Below are positions 19,628 to 27,200 of a DNA stretch of 58,965 bases, one piece after another. The first letter of the stretch is position 1. Every line of letters starts with the position of its first letter. Both the position numbers and the translations under genes were made by a program. The stretch is taken from the NCBI GenBank assembly GCA_038078555.1, contig JBBTYQ010000001.1, positions 1-58,965 of the forward strand, read 5' to 3'. The DNA comes from Patescibacteria group bacterium (lineage in GTDB: Bacteria; Patescibacteriota; Minisyncoccia; UBA6257; UBA9933). The notes under the pieces were generated by a model. It made no database searches. It was given only the letters and a program-made list of their open reading frames with translations, and was not told the origin of the DNA.

Positions 19628-20250
19628 TTTTTTGTATAAACTAATTTACATATCCCCGTACCATCGGTCTGTTGATCAGAAAATGTAATCGTCGGCAATT
19701 CAGTTAAATTATTTTGCCCTTTGATGCTTTCTGCCCAACTTTGACAGGATTTATAGGTCATACTTTTCTGAGTAATAGAACATACCCCTGTGCCTCTAGA
19801 ACAAGTGCTAACTGTTGATTGATTTGATGTTTCTGTTGTGCTATTTGTCGCCGTTTTTATCACCGGCTTTACGAATTCCGGTTCTCTTAATTGCAATATT
19901 TCCGGATTTATAGTTCTTAGTAAAAGCGAAGCGCCAATTAACAATACAATGCCCCAAACAGCTCCGGTAATCCAACTTACGGCTTCTGATTGTTTTGAAG
20001 CGTTTCCCGACGAAACCGTGTATAAAATTCCTCCGTAAATTATTGCGCCTAGTGCTGTTACGCCCACCAAAGCCAGCGAATAGTTGTAAAGCTTTGACAC
20101 TAAGCCGGATGAACCGCCTAATGTTTCTGTGCCGCACCAGGGATAATTGTATTCACTGCAGGTGAAATCAACAGTTGCTCCAAAAACCGAAACACTGCTT
20201 ATAAAAAACAGAAATGCGGATATTATTAAAATTTTTGAAAACATCTTCAT
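19624..20250 (-). CDS. T4SS pilin-like (VirB2/TrbC-type) protein with a short Cys-containing C-terminal domain
   Basis: Signal peptide, then two hydrophobic helices around LALVGVTALGAIIYGGILYTVSSGNASKQSEAVSWITGAVWGIVLLIGASLLL. This is the pattern of the T4SS_pilin family common in Patescibacteria. Confidence 0.55.
   Translation of the reverse strand: MKMFSKILIISAFLFFISSVSVFGATVDFTCSEYNYPWCGTETLGGSSGLVSKLYNYSLALVGVTALGAIIYGGILYTVSSGNASKQSEAVSWITGAVWGIVLLIGASLLLRTINPEILQLREPEFVKPVIKTATNSTTETSNQSTVSTCSRGTGVCSITQKSMTYKSCQSWAESIKGQNNLTELPTITFSDQQTDGTGICKLVYTKK
19844..20177. repeat. Copy 1 of a perfect 334-nt direct duplication (pilin module)
   Basis: Base-for-base identical to 20792-21125 (offset 948) when the printed lines are compared. 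Confidence 0.95.
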
Positions 20251-20265
20251 TTATTATAATTTATT

Positions 20266-21219
20266 CTACCTGAAATAAAAACTTAAATGCGGACCCGTGG
20301 CGTGCGATGGGCAGTAATTCTCACCTGCAACGCACTCTTTAATTATAGCCATACTGCCAGTCCCTCCTTTATATTGTGCCATATTATTGTAAATATAATT
20401 ATATAGTCCGGCTGAATAATTCAAATCCACCGACCCCATGCCAAAGCCTTGGCTTACATGCCCTTGCTCCGAACCGCCGGTTATTACAATTTCTCTGGCA
20501 ATTGCTCTATCTACGGGATTAGCACTGTTTTCCAAATCTTTTCTGATTTTAATAAGAGTGTTTATGGTGTCTTTAGGAATTCCATTTAAACTGGTGCAAT
20601 TATTTGAAGCCTGATTTGGACATAAACCATTTGTCCCAACCACAGGAATGCCCGCCGCCTTAAGAGCCTGATAAGCTTCATCATGAGAATAAAATAAACT
20701 TTTTTCCAAATCAGTCCAATTACTCTTATCCGTTGCTTTGTTAAGATATTCCGGATGTTTTGAGTAATAAGCTCTGGATGCCGCCGCTTGTTTTGTCGCC
20801 GTTTTTATCACCGGCTTTACGAATTCCGGTTCTCTTAATTGCAATATTTCCGGATTTATAGTTCTTAGTAAAAGCGAAGCGCCAATTAACAATACAATGC
20901 CCCAAACAGCTCCGGTAATCCAACTTACGGCTTCTGATTGTTTTGAAGCGTTTCCCGACGAAACCGTGTATAAAATTCCTCCGTAAATTATTGCGCCTAG
21001 TGCTGTTACGCCCACCAAAGCCAGCGAATAGTTGTAAAGCTTTGACACTAAGCCGGATGAACCGCCTAATGTTTCTGTGCCGCACCAGGGATAATTGTAT
21101 TCACTGCAGGTGAAATCAACAGTTGTAACGGCCAAAGAAAAATTGAACGATATGATAAAAAATAAAATTACCAGGATGCTGATATTTTTTGCTTTTTTAA
21201 TTTTACAGCTTTCATTCAT
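20266..21219 (-). CDS. T4SS pilin-like protein fused to a C-terminal globular domain of about 180 aa (possible LAS-type hydrolase-like)
   Basis: The N-terminal 110 aa after the signal peptide are identical to the neighbouring gene. The C-terminal domain contains ITGGSEQGHVSQGFGMGSVDL and SHATGPHLSFYF, the latter recalling the M23 TGPHLHF motif. That link is speculative. Confidence 0.5.
   Translation of the reverse strand: MNESCKIKKAKNISILVILFFIISFNFSLAVTTVDFTCSEYNYPWCGTETLGGSSGLVSKLYNYSLALVGVTALGAIIYGGILYTVSSGNASKQSEAVSWITGAVWGIVLLIGASLLLRTINPEILQLREPEFVKPVIKTATKQAAASRAYYSKHPEYLNKATDKSNWTDLEKSLFYSHDEAYQALKAAGIPVVGTNGLCPNQASNNCTSLNGIPKDTINTLIKIRKDLENSANPVDRAIAREIVITGGSEQGHVSQGFGMGSVDLNYSAGLYNYIYNNMAQYKGGTGSMAIIKECVAGENYCPSHATGPHLSFYFR
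20792..21125. repeat. Copy 2 of the perfect 334-nt direct duplication (pilin module)
   Basis: Identical to 19844-20177. Confidence 0.95.
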
Positions 21220-21226
21220 TAATAAA

Positions 21227-21964
21227 TTACTTCACTTTTAACTGGATGTTTTTTCTGGCAAATTGCATTTCATCAAACAAATTTCTAATAATAATCACCA
21301 GATTAATTGAAAAATCTTTAGGCGCGGCAGAATCAATATTAAGCTCCAAATCACTGCGTGAGGTATTTTCACTTTCATAAATAACAGCTTCGTTTGCCGT
21401 CCACTCAAAACTAAGCTTGCTCAAATCTCCGATATTGAAAAAAAACGGATAAGCAATAAAAAGATTCTTTCCGGCTCCAATTAAGTTTTTCTCGTAAGGA
21501 GCGTCTATCACGACTTCCGGACTGACAACCGGAATTCTTATGATTTTATCTATTTGACTTCCCCCTTTATAATCGAAAAGCGCAATTCTTACTTCAATAT
21601 CTTGGCCTGAATAATTAGTAGTGTTAAAAGAATATTGCTTGATGCCCAATCCGTTATTTTCGTTTAAAACCAAATTGTCATTTAAATACCAGCGAACTTT
21701 TGTTTTTGAAAGGTCGGCGATTTTGCCGTTATCAATCAATTCAAAACTTATATTGACCAAAGATCCTTTTACCGGAAAAATTTTCCCTTGGTACCAAACC
21801 GGCACATAGCTATTAGCCTGCCAAGAAACTAAAAATTGAGGGACAGCTTGCGCTTTTGCATAAGGCAAAAATCCAAATAACAAAATTAATAAGGTAAATA
21901 ATAAAAATGCCCAGCTTATAATGTCTGACATTTGTCGTTTTTTTGAAATTTTAAAATTTTCCAT
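21227..21964 (-). CDS. Membrane-anchored hypothetical protein (T4SS-like operon)
   Basis: Signal/TM segment WAFLLFTLLILLFGFLPYAKA followed by a beta-rich domain. No recognisable family. Confidence 0.55.
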   Translation of the reverse strand: MENFKISKKRQMSDIISWAFLLFTLLILLFGFLPYAKAQAVPQFLVSWQANSYVPVWYQGKIFPVKGSLVNISFELIDNGKIADLSKTKVRWYLNDNLVLNENNGLGIKQYSFNTTNYSGQDIEVRIALFDYKGGSQIDKIIRIPVVSPEVVIDAPYEKNLIGAGKNLFIAYPFFFNIGDLSKLSFEWTANEAVIYESENTSRSDLELNIDSAAPKDFSINLVIIIRNLFDEMQFARKNIQLKVK

Positions 21965-21967
21965 TTT

Positions 21968-22321
21968 TTATTTTATCGCTTTTACCGCCCCGATTTTTCC
22001 CGCTATTTCCGGCTTATTAATCAAATAAATCGCTACTATTAAGGTTGCGGTGCGAATCGGCAAAATATCCAGCATAGGCACAAATTCTATCAAGTTTCCG
22101 CTCAAAGCTGACGCTTGTTTTCCAAACCCGATGCCTCCTTTCATTATAAACCAAAATTGAGTAAGCGCCAAAACAAAAACATCAATCATCAGTCCGAAAA
22201 AAATCAGAATTTGACCGACAACCGGAACACCGGCGCTAAAACCAATAACAACTTCAAATAAATCCGCCCCTCCTACAATCATTACCATTATTATAATTTC
22301 CGGCAAAGATATTTTTGCCAT
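21968..22321 (-). CDS. Small polytopic membrane protein (T4SS-like operon)
   Basis: Three to four hydrophobic helices. The track start at 22345 is GTG and the first ATG (MAKISLPEIII) is at 22321. Confidence 0.55.
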   Translation of the reverse strand: MAKISLPEIIIMVMIVGGADLFEVVIGFSAGVPVVGQILIFFGLMIDVFVLALTQFWFIMKGGIGFGKQASALSGNLIEFVPMLDILPIRTATLIVAIYLINKPEIAGKIGAVKAIK

Positions 22322-22379
22322 AATTGTTGAAATTTTCGAGCTCACATTATAGCGAAGAAAATTTCACTACAATTATGAG

Positions 22380-22646
22380 CATCGAGCACTCAAATTACTT
22401 TAAACTATCCTTTAAACGACTTTTTAACCATCGAACACTTTGCCCTCTTTGCTTTAATTTTCGCTCTCTTTCTTGGGCATCTTTTTTATTTTTATATGCT
22501 TCATAATAAATCAATTCTGGGTTTTTGTTGTGATGTTCTTTAAATCTCCTTCTTAAATCGTCTGTATAACCAATATAAGTCTCCTTTGTTGTAATATTTC
22601 TGATTAAATAAATATAGTACATTGAAAATAATTTGAGTGCTCGATG
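22380..22646 (-). mobile_element. GIY-YIG gene cassette bounded by an 18-bp perfect inverted repeat
   Basis: CATCGAGCACTCAAATTA at 22380-22397 and its exact reverse complement at 22629-22646 bracket the 75-aa ORF. The left arm overlaps the stop codon and the right arm ends 7 nt before the ATG. Confidence 0.35.
22395..22622 (-). CDS. Stand-alone GIY-YIG nuclease family protein (YhbQ/UPF0213-like)
   Basis: MYYIYLIRNITTKETYIGYTDDLRRRFKEHHNK ... ERERKLKQ is the GIY-(x10)-YIG core with conserved R, E and a late E/K helix. Confidence 0.85.
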   Translation of the reverse strand: MYYIYLIRNITTKETYIGYTDDLRRRFKEHHNKNPELIYYEAYKNKKDAQERERKLKQRGQSVRWLKSRLKDSLK

Positions 22647-22689
22647 AAGGTTTGACAGCTAAATTTTGTTCGTCTGATGACTCCAAAAT

Positions 22690-24438
22690 TTAGGTCAACT
22701 CCTTCATCTCCAATATTTCCTCTGGTTTTGTGGTAATAATTTGATTTTCAAAATAAGACGGCACAATTTGAATCGCCACGTGCTTTAGTCCGGCAAAAAA
22801 TAACCCTTCGCCTACATTGGCCTCCAAAAGCAAACTTTTTTCCGCCTCGGAAAGATTGAATGTTTTCGCCAAAACTTCTATTGAAGACGGCGCTTGTTTA
22901 AGCAAAAGCTGAAGGCTGGAATTGCTAATAATCGGCCGGCCATAAGGCGACTCCAAAAAATCTTCCACATTTTGAGTAATAGTGGTAAGGCCTAAATAAT
23001 ATTTCCGGCATCTCTTTGCTAAGCTGAAAAGAAACGAAGCGCTGTCCGGATATTTCATCATCCACCACGCTTCATCAATCACCAAAATTCTCTTTTTTAA
23101 TTCAGCTCTGATTAAATTCCAAACATAATTAAGAACAATATAAATTGCAATCGGCCGCAGTTCTTCCTCAAGGTCGCGCACCGAAAAGACTATCAAACGG
23201 TTTTTTACGTCTACATTAGTAGGCCGGTTGGTAAATCCAGAATAAGTACCGCGAGTATATTTATAAAGACGCTCGGCCAATCCCCGGCCGCCTTCCATAT
23301 TTTCTAAAACCGTCTGCAAATCTTCTAAAAGCGGTGGTTCGATATTGATAAAATCTTTGTGTTCTGGCGTAATGCCTCTTGAAGCATAAGTTTCTGTGAT
23401 AGCTCTATCTAAAAGCGCATCTTCCTCAGGAGTGATTTTGCCAAGCATAAGTTTTAACAAGCCAGCCAGATTTAAAATATGGGATTTAAAAACATCGGCC
23501 GCATCTTCGTCTTTGGGAATAATTGGAATATCAAATGGATTTATTGTACTTTCCGAAGTTAAAGAAATTTTAAAAAAACTTCCTCCGACTGTTTGAGCTA
23601 ATTTTTTATATTCTTCTTCCGGGTCGATTATTAAAATATCCGTGCCCATCATAAGCGAACGCAAAATTTCCAATTTAACAGCAAAAGATTTTCCCGCGCC
23701 CGCCTTGGCAAAAACTACCGAATTGGCGTTTTCTAAAGAAAAACGGTCGAAAATAACCAAAGTATTATTATGCCGATTAATGCCGTAAAGAATACCCTCG
23801 TCAGAAGTCAAATCCATAGAAACAAAAGGAAACATTGAAGAAGCCGGACCGGAATTAAGAGGCGTATGAACTGATAATTTATCTTGGCCTAAGGGCAAGA
23901 CCGAAGAAAATCCTTCAATTTGCTGGAAAATAGCCGGTTTGGCGTAAACCAATTGGCTTTCAAACAAAGAATTGATTTTTTCTTCTAATTTATTAAGCTC
24001 TTCAAGCGAATCGGCCTGCATGGAAATATAAACACCCGTGTTAAACATTCTCTCTTGAGCTTGCTGGAGAACATCGCGAAGATTTTCGATATCAGTATAA
24101 GCGGTCTCAAGCATCGGATCTCTGACTAATCCTTTTTCTTCTCGCTCCAATAACTGGGCTTCAACGTTGGTGGCTTTTCTCCTTAAATCTTTGAGCGCTA
24201 AAGCTGTTTCAACCGGATGAATAAAAACAGAAACGTCCAAAAGTTCGGGCAAATTTATTATAGAATTAAACCAGCCGGTCGAAAGATACCTGGGATAAGT
24301 AAAAATAAAAACCGTTTTAACGAATTTTTCGCCGATTTTCACATAACCGGGATTATTTTCAAGCGCCGCTGGAGCAATGACATTTTTCACATCGCTTTCG
24401 CCGGGCGTATAAGCTTGAGGAATTTTAATTTTTTCCAT
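22690..24438 (-). CDS. virB4: VirB4/TrbE/TraC-type T4SS ATPase (C-terminal two thirds)
   Basis: Walker A VFAKAGAGKSFAV and Walker B RILVIDEAWWMM. The N-terminal IAPAALENNPGYVKIGEKFVKTVFIFTYPRYLSTGW matches the mid-region of Gram-positive-type VirB4 proteins. Confidence 0.8.
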   Translation of the reverse strand: MEKIKIPQAYTPGESDVKNVIAPAALENNPGYVKIGEKFVKTVFIFTYPRYLSTGWFNSIINLPELLDVSVFIHPVETALALKDLRRKATNVEAQLLEREEKGLVRDPMLETAYTDIENLRDVLQQAQERMFNTGVYISMQADSLEELNKLEEKINSLFESQLVYAKPAIFQQIEGFSSVLPLGQDKLSVHTPLNSGPASSMFPFVSMDLTSDEGILYGINRHNNTLVIFDRFSLENANSVVFAKAGAGKSFAVKLEILRSLMMGTDILIIDPEEEYKKLAQTVGGSFFKISLTSESTINPFDIPIIPKDEDAADVFKSHILNLAGLLKLMLGKITPEEDALLDRAITETYASRGITPEHKDFINIEPPLLEDLQTVLENMEGGRGLAERLYKYTRGTYSGFTNRPTNVDVKNRLIVFSVRDLEEELRPIAIYIVLNYVWNLIRAELKKRILVIDEAWWMMKYPDSASFLFSLAKRCRKYYLGLTTITQNVEDFLESPYGRPIISNSSLQLLLKQAPSSIEVLAKTFNLSEAEKSLLLEANVGEGLFFAGLKHVAIQIVPSYFENQIITTKPEEILEMKELT

Positions 24439-24451
24439 ATATTTGCATATT

Positions 24452-24473
24452 AATTCGCATTATTCACGATTAC
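24452..24473 (-). repeat. Intercistronic repeat copy (plus-strand reading AATTCGCATTATTCACGATTAC)
   Basis: 20 of 22 nt identical to 25777-25798. Both begin at the GAG-TAA end of the upstream ORF. Confidence 0.7.
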
Positions 24474-25120
24474 TCTTTGGCAATTTTTAATTCTTTTTTC
24501 TCGGTCGCCTGCGGATTATAAAGATTATAAAATAATTCAATAATCTCTTCGCTGTTTAAAGCAACCGCGCGCAATCCTATCTGAGATAATCCTTCTATTA
24601 TTTGCTCTGTCCGCTGATTAATTTGCATTGCTTTTTGTTCAAAACCTTCGTCCTCTTTTTTCGGAGTTTTTCCTTTTTCCCAGAATTTCAGCGAAGCGAT
24701 TAAATTTTCGCCTGCTTTAGGAATTTGAACCGGGTCATAAGGCACAACAGCAAAAAAAGTTTTCGCCATTACCGAATTCATTTCCACGAAAGACTTAATA
24801 AATTCTATATATTCTGTTATTTGATTTTTCAACAATTCATTTTCTTCTTTTCCTTGGCGTTCTTTAAGTTTTTCCAAATAACTGCTAATGTTCATTTTTC
24901 TGGAATGAATAACAAACTGTATGGAAAAACCCAGGGTATTTAGAAAATTTTGATAAGCATAAGTAATTATATTCTGTTCTTCTTCGGATTTAAGTTCGAA
25001 ATTAATTCCGGATACCATTAAAATTCGGCGCAAGCCGCCGGTTTTTAAAACAACCACTCCGTCCTTGATATCTTCAATTTCCACGAATTGCTGGGTAGAT
25101 TGCGCTTCTTTTGTTGGCAT
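24470..25120 (-). CDS. Probable detached N-terminal domain of VirB4
   Basis: QQFVEIEDIKDGVVVLKTGGLRRILMVSGINFELKSEEEQNIITYAYQNFLNTL resembles the N-terminal region of Gram-positive VirB4/TcpF-like ATPases. It lies immediately upstream of the ATPase ORF. Confidence 0.5.
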   Translation of the reverse strand: MPTKEAQSTQQFVEIEDIKDGVVVLKTGGLRRILMVSGINFELKSEEEQNIITYAYQNFLNTLGFSIQFVIHSRKMNISSYLEKLKERQGKEENELLKNQITEYIEFIKSFVEMNSVMAKTFFAVVPYDPVQIPKAGENLIASLKFWEKGKTPKKEDEGFEQKAMQINQRTEQIIEGLSQIGLRAVALNSEEIIELFYNLYNPQATEKKELKIAKE

Positions 25121-25161
25121 AAAATAATTATATCTTAAATTTTTTTTAACTGCTAATTCGC

Positions 25162-25698
25162 TTATCGATAATCCACGCGTCTCGCAATATCCCTATCGCC
25201 TGTAATTTTCTTGAAAACCGAAAATCTTTCTTTAGGCTGTTTTTCCCACTTAAGTGAACGATGCGGTTTCTCTCTTTTTGGAATTGGTGCTTTTGTCGTC
25301 ATTATATTTTGCCAAAGCTTATTTACACTGGGCATATTGTAAAAAAAATCTTTTAAGTTTTCTCTTTTTGTCAAAGTCGCTTCTTCCATAATTTTAGGAA
25401 TTTCTATCGTCCGTTCTTTTATTTCTCTTTGCCACAAATAAAGCCTGGGTTTCCACAAAAACCCAAAAGCATACAAAATAATTTTTATCAAAGGCTGGCC
25501 GTTATATTTAACAAAAGCCAAAGCCGCGCCGATAACGACTAGAACAGCCGTGATAATAAACCAAAGCCATGTTGCTAAAATAAAGAAAAGCATAAAACTC
25601 GCTCCGCCAGCCGCTGCCAAATACAAAAACTGCCTTAAGGTTAAAGGTCCGACAATTTTACTTTCTACATCGATAAATTGAGGAATTTGAAATTGCAT
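25162..25698 (-). CDS. PrgI family (VirB3-like) T4SS membrane protein
   Basis: MQFQIPQFIDVESKIVGPLTLRQFLYLAAAGGASFMLFF followed by a second TM. The ATG is at 25698; the track TTG extension to 25731 is unlikely. Confidence 0.6.
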   Translation of the reverse strand: MQFQIPQFIDVESKIVGPLTLRQFLYLAAAGGASFMLFFILATWLWFIITAVLVVIGAALAFVKYNGQPLIKIILYAFGFLWKPRLYLWQREIKERTIEIPKIMEEATLTKRENLKDFFYNMPSVNKLWQNIMTTKAPIPKREKPHRSLKWEKQPKERFSVFKKITGDRDIARRVDYR

Positions 25699-25701
25699 AA
25701 A

Positions 25702-25798
25702 GTAATCGCAAATAATGCTAATATAACTCAAAACAATGCGAATGATTATTGGTAATGCAAATTAATAATTTGCTAAAATTCGCATTATTAGCGATTAC
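25702..25798 (-). promoter_or_regulatory. Long-range intercistronic hairpin (17-nt arms, one mismatch) spanning stop-to-start between two T4SS genes
   Basis: GTAATCGCAAATAATGC (25702-25718) pairs with GCATTATTAGCGATTAC (25782-25798). An inner hairpin is GCAAATT-ATT-AATTTGC. Confidence 0.5.
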
Positions 25799-27174
25799 TC
25801 TTTTTTTATTTTCTGCATCGTCCGTAAATCAATCACGTCCCCGGTTAAGTCATCTTCATTTTCTGTCCTTATTTCAATTTTAGGAGCTTTTATTTCAATT
25901 TTAGCCGGTTGGAATTCGAATTTTTCTTCAGTCGTCACTTCAGGCACGAGTCCAGCCAAAGATTCAATTTTCGGTTTTGGCGTAATAATTTCAATTTTAG
26001 GCGCCTCAATTTTTATTGATTTTGAAGTATTCAATGATTCAGTTTTTATTGATTCAGCATATTGAGGCGCTAAAGAAGCGTCAATTTTTTTCTCCGGCAT
26101 AGGTGGCATTGGTGGCTGGTTAAATTTAGGAATTTTAGCCTCAATAATATGAGGCGGCTCAATTTCCTTGGTTTTAAATATAGTAGACTTTAAAACATCC
26201 TTTTGCTCTTGAACTGATTTAGCATCTTTAATTTGACTCTCGGCTGTCTTTTTATCAACTGAAATTGGCGTTCTTAATTCCGTGTAATGAACTATTCTCG
26301 GTTTGATATCTTGTTTTGCCTTAAAAGCAGACGCAACTGGCGGCTCTTGAACTTTAATCATAACCGGAGAATCAATTTTAATATTTTCCGGCATATGAAA
26401 TTTAGGCGCAGCAGGCGGAGTTGGAATTGGCATAACGGACGGCTTTAATGATCCAGCTTTGCCAACCGCAGAAAGCTTAGACAGCATTAAAATATCTTCT
26501 TTTTTTATTTTTTCATCTAAGCCAATTTCAATTGTTGCCGTTATCGGCGCTTCAGTTTGTTTTTCTTTTCTATTTAAAAATCCGAATAACCCGCCCAGCG
26601 ATCGCTTCATCCCAAAAGTCGGCTTAATTTCCGTTTCTTTGTGGATTATCACTGGTTCGACTTGACTCTCCGCAAGCGGACCTTTTGTTTCAATTTTCGG
26701 CGGCAATGGAATTTCTTTTCTAAGCTCTGATTTTGGCGCTTCTATCGGCTTTTCTTCAAAACTAACAACCTTGGGCGCCTCTGGTTTAATTTCTTCCTTT
26801 TTCTCCTGTTCAATTTTTGACCGCAAATCAATTATATCTTCAGCCGTCGAAACTGGCGCATAAATTTTATCAATTTCTCTTCTTATTGAAGTAAAAATTT
26901 TTAGATCAATTTCACGAGCAATAGAATTAGCAACTTCCGGATTAATACCCAGTTCTGAGCGGATTTCTTTTGATAAATCATCAAAATGAATAAACCCGTT
27001 TACAACATAACCAGCAAGGCCGAGAATTGTACCGATTTTATCATCGAGAAGATGGTGTTCTTTTCCGATTTTCCAGATTATCGTTCCATTTAAAGAAGAG
27101 CACAGCGCTTCTCTTAAAATCATCGGCAATAAATCCCATCTCTTATCGATTTGTTTTTGTGAAATTTTAATCAT
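25795..27174 (-). CDS. Hypothetical protein: globular N-terminal domain plus a long Pro/Lys/Glu-rich repetitive region
   Basis: Repeated (A)PKIEI / IEAPK motifs and runs such as PPMPPMPEKK. No TM seen. It lies inside the T4SS-like operon. Confidence 0.55.
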   Translation of the reverse strand: MIKISQKQIDKRWDLLPMILREALCSSLNGTIIWKIGKEHHLLDDKIGTILGLAGYVVNGFIHFDDLSKEIRSELGINPEVANSIAREIDLKIFTSIRREIDKIYAPVSTAEDIIDLRSKIEQEKKEEIKPEAPKVVSFEEKPIEAPKSELRKEIPLPPKIETKGPLAESQVEPVIIHKETEIKPTFGMKRSLGGLFGFLNRKEKQTEAPITATIEIGLDEKIKKEDILMLSKLSAVGKAGSLKPSVMPIPTPPAAPKFHMPENIKIDSPVMIKVQEPPVASAFKAKQDIKPRIVHYTELRTPISVDKKTAESQIKDAKSVQEQKDVLKSTIFKTKEIEPPHIIEAKIPKFNQPPMPPMPEKKIDASLAPQYAESIKTESLNTSKSIKIEAPKIEIITPKPKIESLAGLVPEVTTEEKFEFQPAKIEIKAPKIEIRTENEDDLTGDVIDLRTMQKIKKE

Positions 27175-27200
27175 AAATAAAATTTAACCAATACTTGTTT

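Noticed and set aside
19841-21085. Alternate-frame ORFs 19841-20137 and 20741-21085 with identical N-terminal sequences
   Set aside because: They are the same out-of-frame read of the duplicated 334-nt pilin module. They have an Arg-rich nonsense composition. The pilin frame has a signal peptide, TM helices and operon context.
22380-25798. Short repeats in the T4SS region as a CRISPR array
   Set aside because: The copies are few, irregularly spaced, in mixed orientation and sit at gene junctions. There is no repeat-spacer periodicity and there are no cas genes.
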